Assembly (NCBI RefSeq): GCF_009834535.1
Contig: NC_045696.1
Coordinates: 48,238,001-48,302,000 of the forward strand
Direction: 5' to 3'
Length of the DNA stretch: 64,000 nucleotides
DNA from: Camelus ferus
Lineage: Eukaryota
How positions within the stretch are numbered: position 1 is the stretch's first letter; the number at the start of each line of letters is the position of its first letter. This document shows, piece by piece, positions 51,671 through 64,000 of the stretch. The notes below the pieces were generated by a model that worked only from the letters and a program-made list of their open reading frames with translations, had not been told where the DNA came from and did no database searches. The translations under genes were made by a program, and so were the position numbers.

Positions 51671-54664
51671 AAGTGTATTATTGCTCTTTCTATTAATTCC
51701 ATTATTAAGATAAATTAATGCCAGAAGTCATTAAGAGAAAATTCTAAAAGCACAAGCAGAGAGAAGTATCCGCAGTGAGGGATTCTGGTTCTAATTGTCA
51801 GAAGAATTCACGAAGAGCTTTAGTTGACTCCTAATCCTTATAGATGTCAGGGGCTGCTCTCTGATTCTTAACTGAGGTTACTTTCTTCCCATTAATATAA
51901 CTGTCCCACAGCATTGTCTCTTTGGATGGTATTCGAAAACTCTGGTTCAGAATCTTCAGTCTCCTAGCTTTCTTTCTTTCAGTTTATGTTGGAGAAACTT
52001 ACTGACCTTCATTGGACTCCTTCACGCTTCTGATCTAAGATGCCAGGTCTGCTCATCATTCCTGATGTTATTTATGAATATTTGCTAGTGGGAACTTTCC
52101 CAGGAGGAGACGTGGTTATGAGAAAAAGCTCCATGAGGGTGGGAAAATGTGATGGCCTGTGTCACCAACCCATTGATGCACAGTGATTAGCAGAGTGCTT
52201 CACACAGAATAGATACTTAGTAAGTAATTACTGAGTAATGCATTCCTGGCATAGAAAGCAATAGAAACTTCCCCTACAGCAACTTGACTTTGGCTGGCAT
52301 ATGTCCTAATTCTTCTTCGTACGAAACATCCATGGTCCTTTAAGTATTATTAGGACATGGACATCTCACCTTCTTAGTCATTCTCTTCTAGATACCTATC
52401 GCCTAGACTCATTAAAGGACAGAGATAAAGAGCATTGCAGACCACAAAACAAACTAGCAAGCCACATGAAACTCCAGCAGTCTTACATCCTGTCCAGACA
52501 AGATGTGTCAAACAGTTTTTCCTCTTATTCTCATTCTATTTGTACTGCAAAAAGAACTTTTTCCTTTTTTTTCACGTATTGAAGTTTTATATAGAAATCT
52601 TCTTTTCTGTTAATACCGACCCATTTAAGTCTTTCCATATCGATAATTTCATGCCTTTTCCTGCACTTCCTGCTGCACTCCCACACCCCACCTCACACCA
52701 AAACAAAACAACACAACACAACACAACACAAAACAGCAAGACTGGGAAGTGTTCAGTCTCTGTTAGTAATCTCACTTGTTTTTGTTTTGTTTTATTTTCT
52801 CAGCAGGGGAAAAATTGAGGGCAAAAATGCATATTGTCATTAAGAAACTGAAATTGTTTTTAAAAATTAGTATATTTGTCACAGCAACAGTGTGATTATG
52901 CATATTAAGCTGATGAAATATCCACCTCTCTCAGTCTTTGTCTGCCTTTCCTTCTCCTCCTCCTCTCTCCTCTTTCTAATTCTAAGTTACTTCTTACTGC
53001 CATTCTCTTACTCCTAAATCCTATCATAAGCAGAATATTCTTACTCCAGTTGCTAACTATGATACTGGATTCTTTCTACATTTTCTGCATAGAAATACAC
53101 TTAAATTTATCAGGGCATGTAACACGAAAGCATATCATGTATATTATACGTGCAAAGACTAAACTTGGGATACTGTTCATAAATAGGAAGTTAACTCTCA
53201 GCAAATCCATCAGTTAGGATCATCCTAGTGTTTTGTCTTTTTTTTTTTTTTTGTCTAGTGTTTCTATTGTGATGGGTAATGCAGGATAGAAATTTAGCTT
53301 CTGTTTTTCCCCTGTATTTTAAGACTGTCATTAATGGAGCAATTAATACACTGTGATACCAGGAAATTTGCAATTGATTTTTATTTACATATTTTTTCAA
53401 GAATATTGTCTCAGATAAGTGGTAATTACTGGAATGAAGAAACACTTTATTGTAAGAAACTAAAACACAGTGTTGATAATGGGAGGATGATCCCAATTAA
53501 TGAACGCACTAATTTCTGTCTCTTTCACAAATTTAAACTCAGCTTCTCCCTAGTTTCCTAAGATCTCCATACTAAAAATAATAATAATATTTCTACTGTA
53601 TAAAAATAAATGTATACATTATAAAATTTCTAAATACAAAGATATGCCTTCTGTGGAATGCATCTGATTCTGTTGAGAATATTCTGGAACATGCTGAATC
53701 AGGGAAGGAAAAAGAGAGGGAGACAGTGGTAAGGAAGCCATGGAGCACAGGTTTTTAAAATCCATATATCAGCACATATTTTCTGATAAGAAAGATGAAT
53801 TTATCAGGGACAGAATATTTAAAATTATCACAGTGACTGAAAATCTGAAAAATGTCAGGTAATTTTTCTTTTTGCCTTTTTGACTTTCTATAACAAATCT
53901 AAAACCATTAAATGTAAAAAATACCACAATTAAGTCTCTTTTGCTTTATTATTTTAATGATAAACGTGTTTGTTTAATGAGTGTCTCTTTACAAAGAAAA
54001 ATATTACATATGCTAAAGAATAAAAAGTATCTGTATGCCAGCTAGCAGAAAGAAATATTGCTCAATTTTATGTCTTGTTGTTTATTCAATAATTATTAAA
54101 TTTCAAATGTGTTTTGGAATGAGGCAAGGCATACAAATAAAGTACAGCTCAGACTACATATTGGGCTACTGAGGGCAATAAGAGATTAATAGAAAGAGTC
54201 TTGGTTACAAGAAGTAGCAGTTTCCTCAATGACTTAGAGTGAATTTTGTAGCAATAAGGATTACTTAAATTAAAAATAAGACTTTAAATTAAAAACAAAT
54301 CTACTGCTTTGTTTTATTAAAATAGAGGCAAAATGTAGAAGATCCTGTCTCAAAGTAGTCCTAAGGGAGAGTATGAAAAGGCACTTGTGTTTAAGACAAT
54401 TTTTTTGGTCTTGAATAACTGTAAAGAATGTTTATTTTAACACTTAGTCTGCTGTCCAGCATGTAGTGATCAATTAGTTGGTGTCAAATAAAAGAGTAGA
54501 TGTGTGAACACCTGGTAGAGTGAAGTGAGTTGTGGGGAGCAGCGCTTGACGTTAGAGAGAAGTACTACAGTTCTTCCTTGATGGTGGTAAACCTACCTTG
54601 TCTCTCAATTTATCAGTAGTTAAAAACAGTTGTAAAGAGCCTCAACCACATTAATTTCTGCCTT

Positions 54665-55925
54665 CATTCATATGTTGTGTAATAGCTGATATGTTTAGAA
54701 AACAGGGCATGAAAATAAAATAAACACCCATGAACCCAATATCTGATCTAAAGAACCTCAGGGCAAGAGCTTGAATTCTCATGTTGAAACTACTTTTGTT
54801 TGTTGTTCATAATCCATCCTTGTGCCACTTCCATATGAGTAACTGTTATGTCTTTTCACCACATATTTTAAACCACATATTGATAGTTTTATCACATATT
54901 TATGTTTTAAGATTTTTATTTTATCTTGATTTATTTTTGAGTTTTATAAAAATTCTTTCATGCTACAAGTGATCTTTTCGGCTTAAAATTGTTGCCCATA
55001 GAGGAGTCTGTATACTTTTACCACTGTATAATATTCATAAAGTGATTATCCATTCTCCTAAGTATGGACATTTGATTTGGCTATGGTTGTTTTCTTTATT
55101 TGATTTTCTGCTATTACCATGCTGCTATAAATATGCTCCTAAAGTGTAAACTCCACCTAGGCTGGGATTGATTTTTTTTTTTTAAACTAGAAAGGTGCCT
55201 ATTGTTTTTCTTTAACATTTTTTTTTATTGAGTTATAGTCCTTTTACAATGTTGTGTCAAATTCCAGTGTAGAGCAAAACTTTTCAGTTATACATGAACA
55301 TACTTATATTCATTGTCACATTTTTTTCGCTATGAGCTACCACAAGATCTTGTATATATTTCCCTGTGCTATACAGTATAATCTTGTTTATCTATTCTGC
55401 ATATGCCTGTCAGTATCTACAAGTTTTGAACTCCCAATCTGTCCCTTCCCATCCCCCTCCCCCTTGGCAACTACAAGTTTGTATTCTATGTCTATGAGTT
55501 TGTTTCTGTTTTGTATTTATTTATTTTATTTTTTTTAGATTCCACATATGAGCGATCTCATATGGTATTTTTCTTTCTCTTTCTGGCTTACTTCACTTAG
55601 GATGACTTTCTCCAGGGACATCCATGTTGCTGCAAATGGCGTTATGTTGTCATTTTTTATGGCTGAATAGTATTCCATTGTATAAATATACCACATCTTC
55701 TTTGGTCATCTGTTGACGGACATTTAGGCTGTTTTTATGTCTTGGCTATTGTAAGTAGTGCTGCTGTGAACATTGGGGTGTAGGTGTCTTTTTGAAGTAG
55801 GGTTCCGTCTGGATATATGCCCAGGAGTGGGATGACTGGGTCACATGTTAGGTCTATTGATGGTGTTTTTTGATGAGCAGAATCTTTCAATTTTGATTAA
55901 GACCAATTTGTCATTCATTCTTATA
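54665..55925 (-). mobile_element. Ancient L1ME-like fragment hosting a younger L1
   Basis: 'ccattctcctaagtatggacatttg', 'ctgctattaccatgctgctataaata'; resumes 'ttttgatgagcagaatctttcaattttgatt'. Confidence 0.6.
55205..55853 (-). mobile_element. Young lineage-specific L1 3' end (~650 bp, 5'-truncated) with poly-T at the left
   Basis: Low-divergence antisense L1: 'agattccacatatgagcgatctcatatggtatttttctttctctttctggcttacttcacttag', 'atggctgaatagtattccattgtataaatataccaca'; possible TSD ctattg (55199-55204 and 55854-55859). Confidence 0.9.
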
Positions 55926-57355
55926 CTGACAGTAAGCAGTAGAAAAGAAAGAAGGCTAGGTAAATTTGTCAACCTAATTTACAAACATATCATTGCATAA
56001 AAGACCAAAGATGAGACCTTTGTATTTGCTTTCTATTATTTACTGTTTCCAAGAATAGATATATGATGTAATTAATTCTTCAAAAATATGTTTGGAATGG
56101 CAACACAACTCTGCTGCTTAGCGTTGATGAAAACAAGTTTTTGTAAATAAAATTGGTGCTTCTTTTCAAATGTAGATTTCCAAATTTATACCCTTAATGA
56201 CTTTTCAAAAAAAGAGTATGCCAGCTGAGAGAACAAAACCACCTCAAGGAAAACATTTTGGAACTAATATATATATATAAATTAAAGTTAAAAATAAAAA
56301 ATTTAAAGAAATTGGTCTCCAGGGAAATGGGTGTGTTGTGTGTATGTGTGTGTGTGTTTGCATTTGAACAGAAGTCATCCTGGCACCGTCCTTCCTTTCA
56401 AATTGCCTTGAACCTCAGACATCAGAGAACCTGCAAAATGTACCCATGTGACTCTTTCTAAAGACAACTCTTAAAGGGAGACATTGAAGAAAAAAATTAA
56501 TCTTAATTTGGATTTGTCTTTTTCTATGATTATACACTTGTCTTTTAATCAGACCAGTGCCTCCCATGGTTGTTATTTCACGATTAAGAATGCACAAATT
56601 ATAATATGTAGACTTTGTGTTGAAAAAAGGATTATCATCTTGGAGCAAAATTCTATTGGCCTGACTCTAATAATGTCAAGATAAGCTTACAATTCAAAAA
56701 TGATTATTTGAATGATGTTTTAGATATTTTCTTTCTTGATTGCTTTATAGTATTAAAAACCTAAAGCCAGTATCTCTGTTCCAGTAATAAGGTTATGCCG
56801 AAGGTGAGGAAGAAAACAAGACTTAAGCAAGGAGCTAATAGGAGATACACTGGCATCTTTAGTGGGGATATTCAAATTTGATCTTATGCATGCATTAAAT
56901 GGTTCATCTGCATTTTCTATTGAGTGTCAGAGCAGCATATAATTAAGAGAAAATTGTAATTGTAGAGTACTCTATCAGAGCTTAATAATCTTCTTATGCT
57001 TTGTTTAATGTTATTTAAAATGTCTCATTCTGTAGAAAGGGTCATGCTCTCTTTCAAAGAGGGCTAGCTGTGTCTAAGGACAGGTTTCAAAATTATAGAG
57101 GGTTGGTTTTATATAGATGTTATAAATTAGTAAACAGTTATTAGCTGGTTATCTAATAAAAGGAGAGTAGCTTATAATAATTTATGCAATTGGATAAAGG
57201 GAAAACTGCTAAGAGAATGAAACAAAATTTTTTTTTCTTATTTTTCATCTGTACCACTGGGGTCTGCTATAAGTGTCCTGTATTTGGCTTTACAATCAGA
57301 GAGAAAGCATTGAAGCTGTCATAAAGAGATTGAAACAGAAAGACAGAAGGATATC

Positions 57356-57737
57356 TCTTATGGACTGAACTGTATCTCTCCAAAATCCATGTGTTGAAGC
57401 CCTAATACCTGATGTAACTGTTTTGGAGTTAGAGGCTTTAAGGAGGTAATTAAGGTTAAACGAGGTCATAAGAATGGGGCCCTAATCAAATAGGATTTGT
57501 GTCCTTATAGGGAGTGGGAGAGACACCAGAAGTACATGTACAAAGAGGACAGGCCATGTGAGGACACAGTGAAAAGGCAGCCATCTACAAGCCAGGAAGA
57601 GAAGTCTCACCAGAAACCAACCTTGCTGGCACCTTGATCCTAGATTTCCAGTTTCTAGAGCTGGGAGAAAATATATTTCTGCTGTTTAAGCCACTCAGTC
57701 TGTGGTATTGTGTTATGGCAGACAGCCCACTAATACA
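57356..57737 (+). mobile_element. MaLR solo LTR (MLT1A/A0-like)
   Basis: 'tatggactgaactgt..gttgaagccctaa..gaggtaattaaggttaaacgaggtcataag..ggccatgtgaggacacag..gctggcaccttgatc..ctaataca'. Confidence 0.9.
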
Positions 57738-58109
57738 AGAGATGAGTAGAATCTTGCCCCAGAAGTTTTAACTCTCTCAGTATAAATTAAACCTGTATCA
57801 GCTGGACATAGCCAACCTTGCTTTACTTTTATATTCATAGGTAATTATTATGTTACTCAAATATGTATCAACATTTAGAACAACAAACTGCATACAATAA
57901 TTTTTAGTTTATAAAATATTTTCATTTACTAACTCATCTTATTATTAGGGAATGTGATATTCTTGTAAAGTCTTATTCTGATCACCCTATTTATCCTAAG
58001 TCAGTTAGTATGAACACCTAGAGAAATCTATGGATAAAGAAGCAACACATTAGCATCCTGCTTTGTAGCCAATGAGGCAATAGAAAGAAAGATGATTTAC
58101 TAATAGGTT

Positions 58110-58222
58110 AGAAACTTGCTACTTAAAGTGTGGCCCATATATCAGTAGTATGAGCATGTACCTGGAGGTTGGGCAGAAGGGTGAGTCTCAGGCTCCACTC
58201 CATACCTACTGAATCATGACTC
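58110..58222. mobile_element. MER5A-like hAT DNA transposon fragment
   Basis: 'gctacttaaagtgtggccc..tcagtagtatgagcat..cctggag..gagtctcaggctccactccatacctactgaatca'. Confidence 0.7.
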
Positions 58223-58259
58223 AATAATACAGCACCTCAGCCATGTTGGTATGGCTCTT

Positions 58260-58620
58260 ACCAAAAAGAAAAGAGATGACAAGTGTTGGTAAGGATGTGG
58301 AGAAACGGGAGTCCTTGTGAACTGTTGATAGTAATATAAATTAGTACAGTCACTAAATGGAAAACAGTATGGAAGTTCTTTAAAAAAGTAAAAATAGTAC
58401 TACCATATGATCCAGCAATCCTATTTCTACATATATGTCTGAAAAAAATGAAATCACAATAGTCATGGAAACAACCTAAGTGTCCATCAACAGATGAATG
58501 GAGAAAGAAGATGTAGTGTGTATATATATATATATAATATGTATTCGAAACAAAACAATTTTTTTTCATTTTTGGTTGAAATACCATTCAACCATTAAAG
58601 AGAAGGAAGTACTGCCATAA
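58260..58620 (+). mobile_element. L1 3' fragment with an internal deletion
   Basis: 'caagtgttggtaaggatgtggagaaacggga', 'taccatatgatccagcaatcc', 'aaacaacctaagtgtccatcaacagatgaatgg'. Confidence 0.85.
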
Positions 58621-59850
58621 AAAATTATTAAGTTAGAGCTCTTTCTTACACCATAAATAAAAATAACTCAAAATGGATCATAGATGTATGCATAAGAGTT
58701 AAAAGTATAAAACTCTTAGAAGAAAATTTACTAGTAAACTTTGTGACTTTGAGTTAGGCAAATCCTTCTTAGATATGACATGACAGCACAGGTGGAAAAA
58801 GAAAAAATGGATAAATTGGTCTCTATCAGAGTTTAAAAGTTTTGTGCTTTAAAGGATACTGTCAAGAAAGTGAAAATAAAACCTATGTAATAGAGGAAAT
58901 ACTCACAAATAGCATCTGATATGAGATTTTTAGATCTAGATAATATGATGGTCTCTTACAAGTCAATAACAAAAAGACAGTCCATTTTAAACATAGGCAA
59001 AGGATCTGAATAGACATTTATCTTAAGAATATACAAAAATGCTCAATAAGCTCATGGAAAGATGCTCAACATTATTAAACTTTAGGAAAATGAAAATCCT
59101 AGTATATGTGCTGCCAAAGCAAGAACAGGGAAATGAAAATCAAAGCTAAAATGAAATACCATATCAGACCCACTAGGATGGGTATAATCAAAGAAAGTAA
59201 TTAGAGAAATTGGAACCCTTAAGCATTGCTGATAGGAATGTAAAATGATACAGGAACATTGGTAAACAGTCCTTTTGTTCCTTAAAGATTGAACATAGCT
59301 TTACCAAACAACCCAAGGATTCCACTCTTAGGCCATATACCCCAGAAAAATGAAAAGCCATGTTCACTCAAGAACTGGACAGAAGTACTCAAGACAGCAT
59401 TATTTATTTATTTTAACAGCATTTTATAATAGCCCAAAAGTAAAAACCATCCAACCCACATGTCCATCAATTGATGAATAAAATGTGCTCTATCCATATA
59501 ATGGAATGTTGTTCAGCAATATAAATGAATATAGTGCTTATACATGCCACAGCACAGATGAATCTTGAAAACATTACACTGAATGAAAGAAGTCACTCAC
59601 AAAATACCACATTCTGTATGACATATAGAGACAGAAAATAGATTCACTGTGGTGTAGGATTGGGGGTTTGGGAGGATATTGGGGGTGATTCTTAAATAGT
59701 AAAATAATTTTTTGGAGGGATGAAGATGTTCTAAAATTAATTGTGGTTATGATTCACAACTTTGTGAATATACTAAAAACATTGAATTGTTTTCAGCACT
59801 TTAAATGGGTGAATTATTTGCCGTGTTAATTATAAATTTTCAATAAAGGT
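58621..59850 (+). mobile_element. Older L1 (L1MB-like) ORF2 end and 3'UTR
   Basis: 'aactcaaaatggatcatag', 'ggcaaaggatctgaatagacattt', 'atgaatcttgaaaacattacactgaatgaaagaagtca', ending 'ctttaaatgggtgaatt..caataaag'. Confidence 0.85.
59099..59126 (-). pseudogene. RNU6: U6 snRNA 5' fragment (nt 1-28), tailless retrocopy between 15-bp TSDs
   Basis: Minus strand GTTCTTGCTTTGGCAGCACATATACTAG vs U6 GTGCTCGCTTCGGCAGCACATATACTAA (24/28; two mismatches are CpG>TpG); flanked by aggaaaatgaaaatc and agggaaatgaaaatc. Confidence 0.88.
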
Positions 59851-61624
59851 ATAGTGTTAAAATTTCTAATGTTCTCTTCCTTCATCCCAGACCAACAAAA
59901 ATTTCTACCCATGGACTGAAGAGCAATGATTTAAAAAAAAATTGTGACCTGTCAAGTGTGTTTGTTTACTTCTGTTATTTTGGCTTTTGCTGTAAAGTTT
60001 TCAATTGTATGTTAAACATGAAACTATTCTTAACTTTTTTGTGTCTTTAAGTGATTATGTAAATATCATAGCTTTAGAAAAGTTACATTAATTATTTGCT
60101 ATGAAAAAGGTGAAATTCAGAGCTCAAATGTTTTCTAGAACTATCGTCAAAGTCTTCAAAGTGGAAAATGAGAAATGAGAAAAATATACTGTGACAAACA
60201 CAAAGAGGAAAAATTAATAGTCTGTAAATTCAAACCAAAAAAAAACAGAAGCATTGTGAAACTGAAATTGCAATATTTTGTCATAAAACCTAGAATTTCT
60301 ACCTTTAGCTGTAATTTAGGTGCTACCAAGAATAAAACATTTTCATCTATATCTGTCTAATAGATTGACGTCCTGAAAGGAGTCGTGGGGAGGAGACCAC
60401 ACAGAAGTTCAGACCTTTTGATTTTCTTCTTCAGGTAATGAATTCATTATTCCTTACTGTATCTTTGTATGTGAAAAATGCAGTTATTGCTCCAGTATGG
60501 CAGGCTGAATCATTTGGAATTGCAAATCCATTAGTGCTGTCTAATTTTAAATTAGACTATGTCTTTGAGTTTTTTAAAACAAGGCCATGTCACTTGAATG
60601 ACAGAGCTCAAAGTTTATGTTTTGTATGTTTTCTACATGTTGGACCTATTCAGAAACAAAGCAAGACAATAAGAATGAGACTTTAGCAATTGGCATAGTT
60701 CTGGAAGGAATAATTAACTTTTACTTGAAAGAAGGATTAGAGTTAGCAAAAATAAATAATCAAGCAAACAGAGACATAAGTGCTAACATTCTATCCTCAT
60801 CCAAAATGCTAAACCTTCAGTAGCCTGGAATTTAATATATTCCACTTAAAGATAATACTGTTGCGTTAGCATGAAACTCTGACACTGTGCCAAGTTGTTG
60901 AGCGAGCACTGATTTTCCCAAGTGGAAAGGATCGAGCATCTCATGACTAGTAATCTGGATCGCTGAATACCATTGCTCCATTGCTTTACAGTATGCTTGA
61001 TTATGGATGAGAGGTGTCTAGCTAGCTACTAGATTGCTTGTCTGTTGTTTTCAGGTAGCAAAGTTCAGGTAGCTCAGTAACAAAAGTTTATATCAATGTT
61101 CAAAATTTAATTACGCTTCGCTTTATGAAACCGGAGATTTGAAATCTGAGGTTTTAATTCATCTAGGGAGAATTCTAAGTTATAAAATATAATTTGGACA
61201 TTTTTTGCTCCTTTATCCTAGGATGACCTAGACGCTATCTAGGTGTCATTATTTCTAAGGGGTTTTCTTTCAGGTATATTTATATGCAGGCAGGTCTAAG
61301 CTGCTAGCCTGATGTTGGAAACCTTCCAGTGAAGGTGGCGTTTTCTCATCTCTGGCTTGTCCTTAGGCAAGATAATCTTATCTCACTGAAATTAAGAATA
61401 TTTTATAAGGACTTTGGATTTTTAGAAATGAAAAGGAGTAATAACAGTTGGTGACACTTATTAACTTGCATAGCTAATCAAGTGCCAGACCTCAAGGCTG
61501 GGAAAAGAGATAGGTAAACACTGCAGTTTACAAATGGTTAATCCTTCATTGCTCCATCTTTTAGATTTTGCCTGGAAGGGGCTCTGGAATTAATTTTAAT
61601 GAGGTAAGGCCGTGAAAAGAAGGA

Positions 61625-61820
61625 TGTTTAATAAGACAGAGACTTGGCTTTGAATTCCAGCTCTGCTTTTGACTGTTTCTCTTGGACATTTCATATAATC
61701 TCTCTAAACTCAATTTCCTCATCTAATCCTACTCACCGCACAGCATGGTAGTAAGGATGAAATGTGACAACCCAGGTTTAGCACACAGCAGTTATAAAAG
61801 GTGCTCCACAAGTGTTTGTT
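61625..61820 (+). mobile_element. MIR
   Basis: 'gacttggctttgaattccagctctgc..tctctaaactcaatttcctcatct..gtaaggatgaaatgtgacaa..ttagcacac'. Confidence 0.75.
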
Positions 61821-64000
61821 CCCTTTTTGTTTCTGTGGAATCTATAGGATATCCCCTGACTTCATTTTCTTCAATAGTCACAAAAATGGGAACGGGGCGG
61901 GGGGGCGGATTCCATCCCTGCTATAGGAAAGAAAGTCCAGAGCAATGTCTTCAAAGCAAAGGTGAGGGCTATGCTGGAAGAACACCCCCTTCCTGGCTCC
62001 TATGAGCAGCAATTTCGTCTTACTCTTCTCTAAATAACGTTCCAGCTAAGTCGTGATGGACTATTTCTCTGATCAGGCTTATACAACAAATATTTGTATT
62101 GGAGGTAGAGGGTTGGATGACTGACATACCAGGTTCTAAAATATTCTGGCTAGTAAGGTACACATTTTTGTTTTGTTATGTCTCTCATTTTCTTTCTCTG
62201 CTTTTCCCTAAGATTCCTAGCAAGATAATGTGTGCACGTATACAAGGATGCACACGTATACATGTATAAATGCCATTTTATTTTAATTAAATGCTTATAT
62301 AAGCTGGCATAAACGGCTGTGATTACCATGATTATGCACACCTTTTCATCTCCGTCAGAGGCCAACCTAGAATTTTTCATGCCCTTTAATTCCATTGCTA
62401 GCAATTCTCCACTGCCATATACCTGCTGCCTTCTTAGTGATTACCCCACAGTTCCCTGAAAAATGGAACATTCTAGCCCTCTTTCTCTCTGACATCTCTG
62501 TAAAACTTGCTGGGTACTTCTACTCTTGGCTCCTGCCTGTAAGCATCTTATTACAAAGTTTTAGCATCCTCTTGTTCTGCAAGGCATACCTTTTAAATCT
62601 CTCATGACTTGCCCACATACTTATTTGGAGTCTTAATTTATACCCATCTTCCTAACTGCTTGCAGGGCACCTCAAATTCTTCAAATATAAAACCAAACCA
62701 ATCTTACTGCAGTGCCCTCCCCATTTCCAGTCTCTGTTTCTTTCCTGTAACACACACTCACAAAAGTATCTGTGGCTTTTAAAATTTTTAACTTATCTTT
62801 TATTTTCTTCTCTTAATTATTTATTTTTTTTTTAACAGCACTAGTCGTTACCTGAAAACCTTGGAGTTTCCATCCTCTACTCTAAGGAAAACCTTAGAGT
62901 GATTCCATCTGTCCTATCCAACTTTTTATTAAAATAAATTCCTAGGATTAAAAGTTCAGCACCTACATTTTTAAGACTAAATTACCATATTTGTCATTTT
63001 GTGAACTTTCTATTCATTCAGAGCTGTTTAGCAATTATCCATACAACTCTTTCAATATTTTTAAGATATACTGTCTTAATTTTGTAACACTTTTATGCAC
63101 CTGTTCTCCAGAACTGGATGCTAAACTCTTCAGTGGCACTGTTATGATCTAACACACCAAGGTTCCTAAAATCTGGTGACACCCCGCATCCAAAACAGGT
63201 CATTTACCGCTGCTTCTTTAATGCCACCTTTCTTTATATTTTTGAGTTGTGCTAGTCTCAAAGTATAATTAATTAAATAATAAATCTCATCAGTGCTGTG
63301 TGATCTGATGACTAAATTCAGTGTGTGGCTACTTCAGTCAGATATTTTATGTATTTCACATCCTAATCAATTTTACATATTTTTGTTTTCTCAGATCTGA
63401 GATTTAATATATCTTACATACTAATTAATAATTAAATATCATACCTAGTTTATTTATCATGTTTATCATACCTGGTTTATTTTAACATGTCTAGCAGAGA
63501 AATGAGCTTAGAACTTGAGGTAAAAGTGTCAAAGCAATATTCTGCCAGCTAGTCTGTTTGGTAAGTTGGATTTTTGCTCAATACCTAATGAGAAGTTAAC
63601 ACAACTTGCTTCTTTTTTTAATTACTAGCATTCTCAATGCCTGACATATAATAGGGACTCAAAGTTTGTCAAATAAACGAGTAAATGACTGAAGAGATTC
63701 GAATCAAATATTCAGAGTAAGCATAACTGCTGTTCTTCAACCAAATTACTTTAACAAGGTAATTTTCCCACTTGTGGATGAGTTTCTGGAGTTTAACTCA
63801 GTCAGAAAAAGAGAAATTATATTTGCTTGAGAATAAATGAACCTTCCTCATATGTGTTAGTATGAACTTTCATTGTCATTAGTTTCACAAAGCACCGACG
63901 GGCAGTTTTAACATCCTTAATATTTTAAGGATTATGCTTTTTGCATAGCACTGGCCATTAGGCTCAACTACAAACCTGTAAGTGGTGGGTGTCATGTTGG

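Noticed and set aside
1..64000. CRISPR array, operon, NUMT, processed protein pseudogene or CpG-island promoter
   Set aside because: I saw no regularly spaced repeats, no mitochondrial-like or mRNA-like segment and no CpG-dense region. A faint, diverged homology could still be missed without BLAST.

Overview
AT-rich, CpG-depleted placental mammal DNA, intronic or intergenic, with no CpG island and no recognisable protein-coding exon. The ORF track is explained by transposon fossils, microsatellites or chance. The genome is most likely camelid: there is a tRNA-Ala-derived Vic-1-type SINE at ~41.96 kb, and I saw no Alu, Bov-tA/BovB, PRE-1 or Can-SINE. The window is a mosaic of retroelements: L1 fragments (including a 2.6-kb ORF2/3'UTR piece), two HAL1-like elements, L2 and MIR fossils, MaLR/MLT1 LTRs (one as LTR-internal-LTR), LTR16-like LTRs, two ERV1-type solo LTRs with 4-bp TSDs, a MER5A-like piece and simple repeats. 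Repeat-poor unique blocks between them may be enhancers. I did not find a new biological system. The most notable micro-structures are a 28-bp tailless U6 snRNA retrocopy between 15-bp TSDs at 59.1 kb, a ~240-bp apparently captured fragment inside an L1 3'UTR at 41.9-42.1 kb, and a perfect DR1 nuclear-receptor site in a solo LTR at 35.66 kb. Repeat family names come from remembered consensus sequences, not a database search. Most boundaries are approximate (tens of bp) unless a TSD is given.
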